DNA from: Bryobacterales bacterium
Lineage (GTDB): Bacteria > Acidobacteriota > Terriglobia > Bryobacterales > Bryobacteraceae
Assembly: GCA_963710155.1 (NCBI GenBank)
Contig: CAVPZQ010000010.1
Span: forward strand, 4,358 to 68,357
Length of the DNA stretch: 64,000 bases
Reading direction: 5' to 3'
Shown: one piece after another, positions 53,454 to 62,068 of the stretch
Position numbering within the stretch: the first letter of the stretch is position 1
Layout of the letters: each line of letters opens with the position of its first letter
Notes under the pieces: generated by a model
What the model was told of the DNA's origin: nothing
The model's database searches: none
The model's input: only the letters and a program-made list of their open reading frames with translations
Program-made: the position numbers and the translations under genes

Positions 53454-53469
53454 TGGCCGCCAATCTGCA
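53454..53469 (+). promoter_or_regulatory. sigma-54-type promoter of the fliK-flhB operon
   Basis: TGGCCG-CCAAT-CTGCA with exact spacing. The GC lies 15 nt before the GTG at 53484. Confidence 0.65.
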
Positions 53470-53483
53470 TAGCAAAGGCTCCA

Positions 53484-55382
53484 GTGATGACAGCTTCTGC
53501 TCCGATTGTGGGAACCCTGCGCGCCATTCCCGACGCTGCGTCTGCGCCCCCGCCCGATAGCGGAGTCCTCGCGCATGCGAATTTCCGCAGTGTGCTCGAG
53601 CAGTATCACTCGTCTCGCGAGAGCGCCACTGATGCCGATGCGGACGCTGACACGGACCGCACCGTCCCGCAGAAGAAACAAAAAGATTCCGCCACAACAT
53701 CGTCGACGCTGCCGGCTAGCCCTGCTGGTAATCTTGCTGGCAACCCGATCATCCCGCAAGCAGTAACGCCGCCTCTAGAACCACCGCGCCTGCTGCTGCC
53801 GTTCACGACATCCATTACCTTGCGGCAGGACACCACAGCTTCGCCCGACGACGCCGCCGGCCTCGATTCCACCACCGCAACGGACCCAACCCCCCAATCT
53901 TCAGGGACGCCGTCAGGTGCCACATCAGGCACCGCAACCGCCCTTCTCACTCCCGTGATTTTTCGGAGCACGTTCGATCTGCGCAGCTTGCCACTGGTGA
54001 GCGATTCAAAATCGATTCCTCTCTCCGCCGCGACGCAGCCGAAGACCCAGGTTAAATGGCAAACTCAGTTGTCGAAGGATTCAGCGCCTTCCCACGACGA
54101 AAGTTCCGCCGCCGCGACTCCTGCTTCTACCGCGCCAGCCGATCCGTTCACTCCGCGTCTTTCCGTGACGACTTCCAGCACTTTGCAGCCAGCCACAACC
54201 GGCACGCAGACGAGTGCCACTGTGAGCGAAGCCCCCGAACCCACTCCGGCTCCCGCTCCTTCGTTTACTGTGGACCGCCGGAGCGCCTATCAATTCCACT
54301 CCTCACCCGAACAGCGCGCGGAAACGCTCACCATCAACCGCACCTCCCAGGAGCCGCAAAAAGCTTCAGATCCAACCCCAACCGCTAACGCTAACGTAAC
54401 CGTCCCGATCCCGGTCATGAACACCGTCGAGCCACCACCTCCCGTTCATTTGCCTGCTGGCGCCCTGGCACCGCGGCAAGCTGCGGCGGCTGCACAAAAC
54501 AATTCCTCCGCCGTGACGCAGGATTCTTCCTCTGCCCAGGCAACCGATCCCAGAACCGCAATGCCGCCCGTGATCGAGCGAACAGAAGACACCATCGCCG
54601 CGCCGCCCCAAGGCTCTCTCGCCTTCGCAGCACGCCTCACTCCCACGGAAGAAACGCCGGCGCCGCCTGACGCCACTCGCACCAGTGACTCGCAGCCCCG
54701 TCCGCAAACCACGCTGCCGGCCGCGGTCACGGCAAGACAGACCATCTCAGAAGCAGACGTGCAGTCCGATGCCCACAGCGGCGACAGCGGAAACCCGTCT
54801 TCCGATCAAGAAAAGTTGGGTGAGCGCTTCGCCAAGCTCGAAACGCTGCTCCCGCAAACGCACGCCGCCACCGCGGATCAACCCGCTTCCGCCGCGGCCA
54901 GCCATGCGTCGTCCACCAGTCCCGTATCGGTGGCCGCCCGTATGGATCAGGTGCAAGAGGCTCCGCCAGCGCCCTCCAGCGGCAATCACGACATCACCAT
55001 TCGGATTCCCGACGCGACTACGGACCAGGGCACCGCTGTGCGCTTCGTCGAACGCGCCGGCGAAGTCCACGTTTCCGTACGCACCAGCGACACCGAAATG
55101 GCGCAAACTCTGCGTGGCGGTCTGAACGACTTGGTAACTCGCCTCGAAGACGGCGGCATTCGTACGCAAGTCTGGCAGCCCGGCTCGGACGCCTCCACTT
55201 CTCAGAACAATTCTCAGCAACCCTTCGCCGACCCCGACGGCTCCAAGGGCCGCCAGTATTCATCCGGTTCGAACTCCGAACAGGAATCCAAGCAACAAAA
55301 CAAACCCCGATGGGTAGAAGAACTGGAAGGTTCCATCGGCACCGAAAATTCTAAGGAGACACCACAACTATGGCAAGCATAG
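53484..55382 (+). CDS. fliK: flagellar hook-length control protein FliK
   Basis: 632 aa. Long Pro/Ser/Thr/Ala-rich region, then a FliK C-terminal (Flg_hook) block ITIRIPDATTDQGTAVRFVERAGEVHVSVRTSDTEMAQTLRGGLNDLVTRLEDGGI. Located upstream of flgD-flgE. Confidence 0.75.
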   Translation: MMTASAPIVGTLRAIPDAASAPPPDSGVLAHANFRSVLEQYHSSRESATDADADADTDRTVPQKKQKDSATTSSTLPASPAGNLAGNPIIPQAVTPPLEPPRLLLPFTTSITLRQDTTASPDDAAGLDSTTATDPTPQSSGTPSGATSGTATALLTPVIFRSTFDLRSLPLVSDSKSIPLSAATQPKTQVKWQTQLSKDSAPSHDESSAAATPASTAPADPFTPRLSVTTSSTLQPATTGTQTSATVSEAPEPTPAPAPSFTVDRRSAYQFHSSPEQRAETLTINRTSQEPQKASDPTPTANANVTVPIPVMNTVEPPPPVHLPAGALAPRQAAAAAQNNSSAVTQDSSSAQATDPRTAMPPVIERTEDTIAAPPQGSLAFAARLTPTEETPAPPDATRTSDSQPRPQTTLPAAVTARQTISEADVQSDAHSGDSGNPSSDQEKLGERFAKLETLLPQTHAATADQPASAAASHASSTSPVSVAARMDQVQEAPPAPSSGNHDITIRIPDATTDQGTAVRFVERAGEVHVSVRTSDTEMAQTLRGGLNDLVTRLEDGGIRTQVWQPGSDASTSQNNSQQPFADPDGSKGRQYSSGSNSEQESKQQNKPRWVEELEGSIGTENSKETPQLWQA

Positions 55383-55801
55383 CTTCCCCCATCACCAGTC
55401 CGAACAGCCCCACTACGGCCACCAGCCCGACTTCGACCTCCAACGCCCTCACTACCAGCGCCCTGGGCAACGAACAGACATTTCTGCAACTCCTGGTGTC
55501 CGAAATTCAGAATCAGGATCCCACCGCGCCCATGGATAGCACTACATTCCTCACTCAGCTAGCGCAGTTCAGCCAACTGGAACAGATGTCCGGAATTCGG
55601 CAGGACATCGAGACCGGAACGTACTCCGCCCCCAACACCCCGGCCAGCGCCGTTACCCCCACCACGCCAACCACGGCCGCCACCAACGACGCCTTGGCGA
55701 ATTTGGCGGCCACCTCAACACCCGCCGCCCTGGCTAACACCACCGCACAAGACCTTTCGAATACGGCTTTAACGACACCCGCTTCCACTAGCGGCATTTA
55801 A
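55370..55801 (+). CDS. flgD: flagellar hook capping protein FlgD (short form)
   Basis: 143 aa. FlgD N-terminal signature LGNEQTFLQLLVSEIQNQDPTAPMDSTTFLTQLAQFSQLEQM. The remainder is low-complexity Thr/Ala/Pro. Confidence 0.8.
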   Translation: MASIASPITSPNSPTTATSPTSTSNALTTSALGNEQTFLQLLVSEIQNQDPTAPMDSTTFLTQLAQFSQLEQMSGIRQDIETGTYSAPNTPASAVTPTTPTTAATNDALANLAATSTPAALANTTAQDLSNTALTTPASTSGI

Positions 55802-55830
55802 AAATTCACCATACAGAAAGAGAAAAATAC

Positions 55831-57066
55831 ATGTCATCGTTTTCCATACCACTCTCAGGCATGCTCGCTAGTGAACAGGCTCTGAACGTCGTCAGCGACA
55901 ATATCGCGAACTCGAACACGCAGGGTTTTAAGTCCAGCTCCGTGCTGTTTGAGGACGCCATGAACCAAGCCTCGGCGTCCCTGCAAGTCGGCGCCGGGGT
56001 CGGCAGCACCCTCAGCACTCGCAATTTCACCCAAGGCACGGTCCAGACTACCGGTGGTGCACTCGACGCTGCCATCCAGGGCGGTGGCTTCTTTGTCATG
56101 CAGAACCCGTCGGGCGCCACCACTTATACCCGCGACGGTAGTTTCAGCCTCAGTCCCTCCGGCCAGCTGGAAAGCAGCGACGGCTCTCTGGTGCAGGGTT
56201 GGACAGCCGTAAACGGAGTGGTGAACCCCTCCGGAGCGGTCTCCTCCATCTCTGTTCCCTCGCTCTCCTCGCAGGCCCCCACGCCCACTGCCAACATGAC
56301 GGTGAGCGCCAATCTCAATGCCTCGGCGGCCGTCGGCGATTCCTTCTCTGCGCCCGTTCAGGTAGTTGACTCCCTGGGCAACACCCATACCTTAACCGTC
56401 GATTTCACAAACACCGCCCCCTTGACGTGGAGCTACGCCGTAACCATCCCCGGCCAAGATGTGACTGGCGGAACGGCCGGTACTCCTACTTCACTCACCA
56501 CCGGATCTCTCACTTTCAGCAGTGCCGGTGTTTTAACCTCACCGGCCGCGGGTACTCCCGTTAGTGTGAAGACCACCGGCGGATTGGCGGACGGTGCGGC
56601 GGATCTCAATATCAATTGGAATTTGTTTGATACCACCGGCAGCCCACTGGTTACCCAGTACGCCAGCGCTTCCACCACCACCGGCTCCACTCAAGATGGT
56701 GTGCAGGCCGCGACGGTCACCGGCGTGACCTTACAAAACGGCGGCGTGCTGGTCGCCACTTTTTCCAACGGAACCAACCGTACGCTCGCGCAGCTTGCGG
56801 TTGCCTCTATCGCAAATCCCGACAGCCTTCTCTCAGTCACCAATAACCAATACGTGACCGGGGTCGGCACCAGCACTCCCTCGGTCGGCGCGTCCGGGAC
56901 CAGCACTCGTGGAAACATCGTGGCGGGCTCGCTCGAGGCATCCAACGTCGACATGGCCACCGAATTAACCAACCTGATCGTGTATCAGCGCGGTTACCAG
57001 GCCGACGCCAAGGCCATCACCTCGATTGACCAGATGCAGCAGACCCTGATCGCGATGCAGCTCTAA
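55831..57066 (+). CDS. flgE: flagellar hook protein FlgE
   Basis: 411 aa. N-terminal SGMLASEQALNVVSDNIANSNTQGFK and C-terminal LEASNVDMATELTNLIVYQRGYQADAKAITSIDQM. Confidence 0.95.
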   Translation: MSSFSIPLSGMLASEQALNVVSDNIANSNTQGFKSSSVLFEDAMNQASASLQVGAGVGSTLSTRNFTQGTVQTTGGALDAAIQGGGFFVMQNPSGATTYTRDGSFSLSPSGQLESSDGSLVQGWTAVNGVVNPSGAVSSISVPSLSSQAPTPTANMTVSANLNASAAVGDSFSAPVQVVDSLGNTHTLTVDFTNTAPLTWSYAVTIPGQDVTGGTAGTPTSLTTGSLTFSSAGVLTSPAAGTPVSVKTTGGLADGAADLNINWNLFDTTGSPLVTQYASASTTTGSTQDGVQAATVTGVTLQNGGVLVATFSNGTNRTLAQLAVASIANPDSLLSVTNNQYVTGVGTSTPSVGASGTSTRGNIVAGSLEASNVDMATELTNLIVYQRGYQADAKAITSIDQMQQTLIAMQL

Positions 57067-57087
57067 AGCGTCTGACGGAGCATCAGT

Positions 57088-57345
57088 TTGACAACCGAAG
57101 AACAAATGTCGCGCTACGCCCAACTCTCCTTTCCCGTCGAAGCCGAGTTGGGCCGTTGCGAAAAAGCTGTCCGGGAGATCCTCTCCCTATCTCCCGGCAG
57201 CGTACTCACCTTGCCCAAACCGGTCGGGTCAAAAATGAATTTGTACGTGGGAGGCGCCTCCTTCTGCTCGGGAGACATGATGCGCTTAGGCGGCGCAGTA
57301 GCCGTAAGAATCACCGGTTTTGATAGCCGGAAACGGAGTCAATAA
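57088..57345 (+). CDS. fliN: flagellar motor switch protein FliN (SpoA domain only)
   Basis: 85 aa (TTG start; ATG at 57106 is also possible). SpoA block VEAELGRCEKAVREILSLSPGSVLTLPKPVGSKMNLYVGGASFCSGDMMRLGGAVAVRI. Precedes fliOPQR. Confidence 0.75.
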   Translation: MTTEEQMSRYAQLSFPVEAELGRCEKAVREILSLSPGSVLTLPKPVGSKMNLYVGGASFCSGDMMRLGGAVAVRITGFDSRKRSQ

Positions 57346-57354
57346 GTATCTGCG

Positions 57355-57645
57355 ATGGAAGTGTTCCAACAATTCTTAGTCGTGTTAACTGTGCTCGGCC
57401 TCTTGTGCGGCGCCCTCTGGGCGATGAAGCGCAAAGGTTGGGCGCGCACCAGTCTACGTCGCAAGCGCGACGACGGCGCGCCGCGTCTCGAAGTGATCGA
57501 TCGTTTGCCGCTCACTCAGCACCACTCCCTGCACCTCGTTCGTCTGGCGGATCGCACCCTGCTCATCGGCCTCTCACCCAACGGCTGCAATCTGCTCGAA
57601 TCCGCGCAGATCGCCCTGCCCTCCGCCCTAAGGCAGGAAAGCTAA
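57355..57645 (+). CDS. fliO: flagellar biosynthesis protein FliO
   Basis: 96 aa. Single TM (FLVVLTVLGLLCGALWAM) and conserved LEVIDRLPLTQHHSLHLVRLADRTLLIG. Located upstream of fliP. Confidence 0.75.
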   Translation: MEVFQQFLVVLTVLGLLCGALWAMKRKGWARTSLRRKRDDGAPRLEVIDRLPLTQHHSLHLVRLADRTLLIGLSPNGCNLLESAQIALPSALRQES

Positions 57646-57648
57646 CTC

Positions 57649-58380
57649 ATGCTGCGAAATCTGTTCTTCGGAGTCCTGTTCGGGACGATCGCGTTCGCAG
57701 CGCCGGCCTCCAACTCGCCGCTCGCTGCGATGGGAGCCAAAGGCTCAGCCACTACGCTCAGCCTGCCCATGCAGATCGCGCTGTCACTCACCTTAATGGT
57801 GCTGCTGCCCGCCGCGCTGATGTCCATCACTCCGTTTCTGCGCATCACCATCGTCTTGCATTTCCTGCGCCAAGCCTTGGGCACGCAATCCACGCCCTCG
57901 AACCAGGTCTTGATCGGACTCTCCATGTTCCTCTCGCTCCTGATCCTCCAGCCCATGGCCACCGAAATTTATCACACCGCCTGGGAACCCATGGATCAAG
58001 GCAAACTCACTGCCAGCCAGGCCTTCGAAGAAGGCTCCAAACCTCTCAAAACGTTTCTGTCAAAGTTTGCCCGCGAAAAAGACATCGCACTCTTCGTCGA
58101 AGTATCGAAATCGCCCGCGCCGCGCAACGCCTCTGACCTCGGCCTGCAAGTGCTGATCCCCGCCTACATTTTGTCCGAGCTCAAGACCGGCTTCCAGATC
58201 GGCGCGCTGTTGTTCTTGCCCTTCCTGGTCATCGATCTGGTCGTCGCCTCCGTCACTCTTTCGATAGGCATGGTGCAACTGCCGCCCGTAATGCTATCCG
58301 CGCCCTTCAAGATCCTCTTGTTCGTCCTGGTGGACGGCTGGAATCTGGTCGTAGGCTCGTTGGTTAAATCTTTTTACTAG
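57649..58380 (+). CDS. fliP: flagellar export apparatus protein FliP
   Basis: 243 aa. ITPFLRITIVLHFLRQALG and GFQIGALLFLPFLVIDLVVASVTLSIGM blocks. Confidence 0.95.
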   Translation: MLRNLFFGVLFGTIAFAAPASNSPLAAMGAKGSATTLSLPMQIALSLTLMVLLPAALMSITPFLRITIVLHFLRQALGTQSTPSNQVLIGLSMFLSLLILQPMATEIYHTAWEPMDQGKLTASQAFEEGSKPLKTFLSKFAREKDIALFVEVSKSPAPRNASDLGLQVLIPAYILSELKTGFQIGALLFLPFLVIDLVVASVTLSIGMVQLPPVMLSAPFKILLFVLVDGWNLVVGSLVKSFY

Positions 58381-58390
58381 GACTTTATTC

Positions 58391-58660
58391 ATGACTCCAG
58401 AAGCAGCCGTACAGATTATTCGCGAAGCCCTCCTGGCAGCCTTTGGCCTGGCCGCGCCCCTGCTGTTGATTGGTTTCGGTGTCGGCATCGTCATGAACCT
58501 CGTGCAGGTGGCCACTTCTCTACAAGACTCCGCCTTCAGTACCTTTCCGCGCCTGGCCGCTTTCCTCACCGGTTTTATTGTCCTGATGCCCTGGATGCTC
58601 AAGCAGCTCGTCAGCTACACCGTGGGAGTTTTCACCGGCATCGCCAAGTATGGGCACTGA
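58391..58660 (+). CDS. fliQ: flagellar export apparatus protein FliQ
   Basis: 89 aa, two TM segments. VGIVMNLVQVATSLQDSAFSTFPRL block. Confidence 0.9.
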   Translation: MTPEAAVQIIREALLAAFGLAAPLLLIGFGVGIVMNLVQVATSLQDSAFSTFPRLAAFLTGFIVLMPWMLKQLVSYTVGVFTGIAKYGH

Positions 58661-59438
58661 TCTCACGGGCACTAATCTAACAATCGACGTCGGGACTCTC
58701 TACGCTTTCCTGCTGGTTCTAGCCCGCATTTCCGGAGCCTTCATCTTCGTTCCGATTCCCGGGATTCAAGCCGGCCCGCAGATCGCGCGCGCGGTCCTGT
58801 CCGTCAGCCTGACGCTCGCGCTCCAGTCGCGCTGGCCCATCATCGATCCCGACAGTGTCAGTTTCCCCTTGTTAATGGGCTGGATTCTGGCCGAAGCCGG
58901 CATGGGCCTGGCCGTTGGTCTCGCCGTGACGTTCCTCATCGAAGGCTTCCAAATGGGCGCGCAGATCATCAGCCTGCAAGCCGGCTACAGCTTCGCGAGC
59001 ACCATCGATCCTACATCCGGCGCCGACTCCACGGTTCTGATCATGATCGCCCAAACCACCGCCGGACTGCTCTTCTTCGCCACCGGCATGGACCGCCAGA
59101 TCTTGCGCGCCTTCGCCGATAGCCTCACCGCGCACCCTCCCGGCCACTTCGCCATCTCCCTGCCGATGGCCACCCGCATGATCCAGGCCAGTTCGTTGAT
59201 TTTTAGCACAGGTCTCCGCCTGGTACTGCCGCTCTTGGCGCTGCTGCTCATGGTGGAGATTTCGCTGGCACTCCTGACCCGCCTGAATTCGCAGCTTCAT
59301 CTGATGCAGATCTCCATGCCTCTCAAGATGCTGTTGTCCCTGACTCTGCTGGGCTGGCTCCTGCTGATTTTTCCGCAAGTGTTCGCCCAATCCGCCAACC
59401 GCGCCATGCAGTTGGTCTACAGTCTGCTCGCGGCCTAG
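58650..59438 (+). CDS. fliR: flagellar export apparatus protein FliR
   Basis: 262 aa polytopic membrane protein between fliQ and flhB. LVLARISGAFIFVPIPG N-terminus. Confidence 0.9.
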   Translation: MGTDLTGTNLTIDVGTLYAFLLVLARISGAFIFVPIPGIQAGPQIARAVLSVSLTLALQSRWPIIDPDSVSFPLLMGWILAEAGMGLAVGLAVTFLIEGFQMGAQIISLQAGYSFASTIDPTSGADSTVLIMIAQTTAGLLFFATGMDRQILRAFADSLTAHPPGHFAISLPMATRMIQASSLIFSTGLRLVLPLLALLLMVEISLALLTRLNSQLHLMQISMPLKMLLSLTLLGWLLLIFPQVFAQSANRAMQLVYSLLAA

Positions 59439-59447
59439 CGCAAAATT

Positions 59448-60524
59448 ATGGCGGATTCCAGCAAAACAGAAGATCCAACAGGCAAACGCCTCTTAAAGGC
59501 GCGCGGCGAAGGCCAATATGCGTCTTCACGGGAAATCATCGCGGCTGCGAATTTCCTGGTGTTCCTGGGAATTTTAGGTGCCTGGTTCCCCTCCTGGATG
59601 GACGGCATGAAGCAGATGCTGCGCCAGGCCCTCGAAGGCGCCTTCCGCGGCGAACTCACCGTGACCACCTTCCCGCGCATCGCCGGAGTCTTGCTGAACC
59701 GCGCCTTCCTTCCGCTCTCCGTCCTCGCCGGCCTGACCACGTTGACCACCGTCGCCATAAATCTCGCCGTCACCAAAATGGGTTTCAGCCTCAAAAAACT
59801 GATGCCCGATTTCTCGCGCCTGAATCCCGTCGGCAAGATCAAGAACATGGCCACGCAAGGGCCCGCCGCCGTCGGACAGGCAACCGCCATGCTGATCGTC
59901 TTCAGCGGCACCATTTATTTGATCGCCAAGCAGAACGCGGAAGTCTTCCTCTCCCTGCCCTTCGCCAGCCTGGACGTCAGCCTGCAAACCGTTGCCGCCG
60001 CCATCAAGGATTTGCTATGGAAAGCCGCCGGCGTCTTCCTGGTCTTCGGGATCATCGATGTCTTCCGCCAGCGTAAGCGCTACACCAAGGGCCTCAAGAT
60101 GAGCAAGCAGGAAGTGAAGGAAGAGGCCAAGGAATCTGAAGTCAATCCACAGGTCAAGGGCAAGATCCGCCGCATGCGCCGCGACCTGGCCCGCCGCCGA
60201 ATGATGAAGGAGGTCGCCACCGCCACCGCCGTCATCGTCAACCCCACGCACTACGCCGTAGCCCTGCGCTACCAGCACGATTCCTCCGGCACTCCCTTGG
60301 TCGTCGCCAAGGGCAAGAACTATCTGGCCCTCCGCATCCGCCAGCGTGCCCTCGAGAACGGCGTCCCCCTGGTCGAAAATCCGCCTTTGGCGCGGGCGCT
60401 CTACGCTTCGGTCGACGTTGGCCGCGAAATCCCGCCGAACCTCTATAAAGCCGTGGCCGAAGTCCTGGCCTACATCTACCGCCTGACCAACGCCCGCGCC
60501 TCGAACCACCGGCGCCGCGCCTGA
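59448..60524 (+). CDS. flhB: flagellar export switch protein FlhB
   Basis: 358 aa. EDPTGKRLLKARGEGQYASSRE N-terminus, MSKQEVKEEAKESEVNPQVKGKIR, autocleavage motif NPTH (VIVNPTHYAVAL). Confidence 0.95.
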   Translation: MADSSKTEDPTGKRLLKARGEGQYASSREIIAAANFLVFLGILGAWFPSWMDGMKQMLRQALEGAFRGELTVTTFPRIAGVLLNRAFLPLSVLAGLTTLTTVAINLAVTKMGFSLKKLMPDFSRLNPVGKIKNMATQGPAAVGQATAMLIVFSGTIYLIAKQNAEVFLSLPFASLDVSLQTVAAAIKDLLWKAAGVFLVFGIIDVFRQRKRYTKGLKMSKQEVKEEAKESEVNPQVKGKIRRMRRDLARRRMMKEVATATAVIVNPTHYAVALRYQHDSSGTPLVVAKGKNYLALRIRQRALENGVPLVENPPLARALYASVDVGREIPPNLYKAVAEVLAYIYRLTNARASNHRRRA

Positions 60525-60539
60525 CCCTTAGGAATTCCC

Positions 60540-60566
60540 TCTACAAACCTCCGGATTCCGCGATAT
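60540..60566 (+). promoter_or_regulatory. sigma-28-type promoter of the HDOD gene
   Basis: TCTA-N15-CGCGATAT. The ATG at 60576 begins 9 nt after the -10 element. Confidence 0.55.
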
Positions 60567-60575
60567 ACAGTCCGG

Positions 60576-61436
60576 ATGGGAGTATCCCTCATAACGCCGT
60601 CCTCGCTGCGCGCACAAACCCTGCGCTGCCTCGACCGTTTGCCCAAGATGTCTCCCATGCTCAACCAGTTGCTAGGCCAGCTCTCCCGGCGAAACTGCGA
60701 AATCAACGATTTAGTCGAAACCGTGGAGCGCGACCCCATGCTATCCGGCCAGATCCTGCGCCTCGCCAACTCGGCCATCTTCGGCCGCCTGCGCCCGGTG
60801 TCCTCCGTGCGTCACGGCGTGGCCATGATCGGAACCGCGGCCCTGCGCAAGTTCGCCCTCGGCTCGTCCATCTCGAATCTCTTTTCACGCACCAAGATGG
60901 CGAAGAGTTTTTCGGTGCGGCGCTTCAACGTGCATTCCGCGGCCACCGCCACGCTTCTCGAACTGCTCTCTGAAGCGGTGCCTTTCGAATTCGGAGAGGA
61001 TGCTTTCCTAGCCGGCCTGCTGCACGATGTTGGAAAACTATTGATCGCCGTGAGCCTGCCGCGCCAATACGACGATATCCTGGCCCTCACCGCCGTAAAC
61101 GGAGCCACGCTGATTGAGGCCGAGCGCGACGTCATCGGCATCGATCACGCCGAACTGTCTGCCCTGGCGATTTCCCGCTGGGAACTCTCCGAAGGCATCC
61201 AAGCGGCCGCAGCCGATCACCATCAGCCCCCCGAGCCTTCCGGGAAGCCGAAACTAAGCCTGGGAGTCCACCACGCCGACGCTTATATCAACCACTTGGG
61301 AATGTCGGTGCTGGCGATTCCACTGCCTTGCCAGAAAGCCGCGACTCTCGAAATCCCCGGCCTTGCGTTCTCTCAGGAGCGCGTTCTCGCAGCCTTCGAG
61401 CAGGAAATCCAGACGCTAGGAAGTCTGTTCCACTAG
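60576..61436 (+). CDS. HDOD domain-containing protein
   Basis: 286 aa. HDOD blocks LPKMSPMLNQLLGQL..., VERDPMLSGQILRLANSAIFG, VRHGVAMIGTAALRKFAL, AGLLHDVGKLLI. Confidence 0.8.
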   Translation: MGVSLITPSSLRAQTLRCLDRLPKMSPMLNQLLGQLSRRNCEINDLVETVERDPMLSGQILRLANSAIFGRLRPVSSVRHGVAMIGTAALRKFALGSSISNLFSRTKMAKSFSVRRFNVHSAATATLLELLSEAVPFEFGEDAFLAGLLHDVGKLLIAVSLPRQYDDILALTAVNGATLIEAERDVIGIDHAELSALAISRWELSEGIQAAAADHHQPPEPSGKPKLSLGVHHADAYINHLGMSVLAIPLPCQKAATLEIPGLAFSQERVLAAFEQEIQTLGSLFH

Positions 61437-61453
61437 CCGCGCTTTGCGCAGCC

Positions 61454-62026
61454 CTATTGCTGCGTCAGCCGGTTGAGAATCCCCAGCACGTAGTTCTTAG
61501 TCTCCGGAATCTCCGGTACCGTGCCGGTCTTGTCCACACGTTGCGCGCCGGCGTTATAGGCGCTGAGGGCCAACGATAAATCCCCGTGATAGCGGTCCAG
61601 CAAGTCGCGCAGCAGCTTGCTGCCCGCCTCCAGACTCTCTTTGGGGCTGAACGGATTCTTCACCTGGAATTGCACCTGAGTGGCCGGCATCAGCTGCATC
61701 AGCCCCGCCGCGCCCTTAGGAGAAACCGCGCAAGGATAGAAGCCCGATTCCTGGCGAACCACCTCGCGAACCAGGGCCGCACTGATGTTCTGCCGCGGAG
61801 CGATATCGTCGATCATCCGCGACAACTCCGGTTGCGATACCGGTTCACAAGCCGCCATCTCAGGTATCAACAGTGGGTTCGGGGTGTACCCGGTCGCCGC
61901 CGCGCTCACAACCTGCATCCGTACCGAAGCGCGCTGCTGGGCTAAAGAAGCCGCCATAGCTGCACGTACGCGATCCGCCTGCGAGTGCACGTCCTGCGCC
62001 AGGAGGAGCGCTAGTAAAACAATCAC
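61454..62026 (-). CDS. secreted lytic transglycosylase (SLT domain)
   Basis: 190 aa, GTG start, signal peptide (MIVLLALLLAQDVHS). SLT catalytic block VVRQESGFYPCAVSPKGAAGLMQLMPAT and AYNAG. Confidence 0.85.
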   Translation of the reverse strand: MIVLLALLLAQDVHSQADRVRAAMAASLAQQRASVRMQVVSAAATGYTPNPLLIPEMAACEPVSQPELSRMIDDIAPRQNISAALVREVVRQESGFYPCAVSPKGAAGLMQLMPATQVQFQVKNPFSPKESLEAGSKLLRDLLDRYHGDLSLALSAYNAGAQRVDKTGTVPEIPETKNYVLGILNRLTQQ

Positions 62027-62033
62027 AAATGGC

Positions 62034-62061
62034 CTATCGGCAGACGCCGTTTTTTTCTTTA
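62034..62061 (-). promoter_or_regulatory. possible sigma-28-type promoter of the SLT gene
   Basis: The minus strand reads TAAAG...-GCCGATAG (TAAA-N16-GCCGATAG, one nt longer than the other sites). The GTG at 62026 begins 7 nt after the -10 element. Confidence 0.4.
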
Positions 62062-62068
62062 CGGTTCG

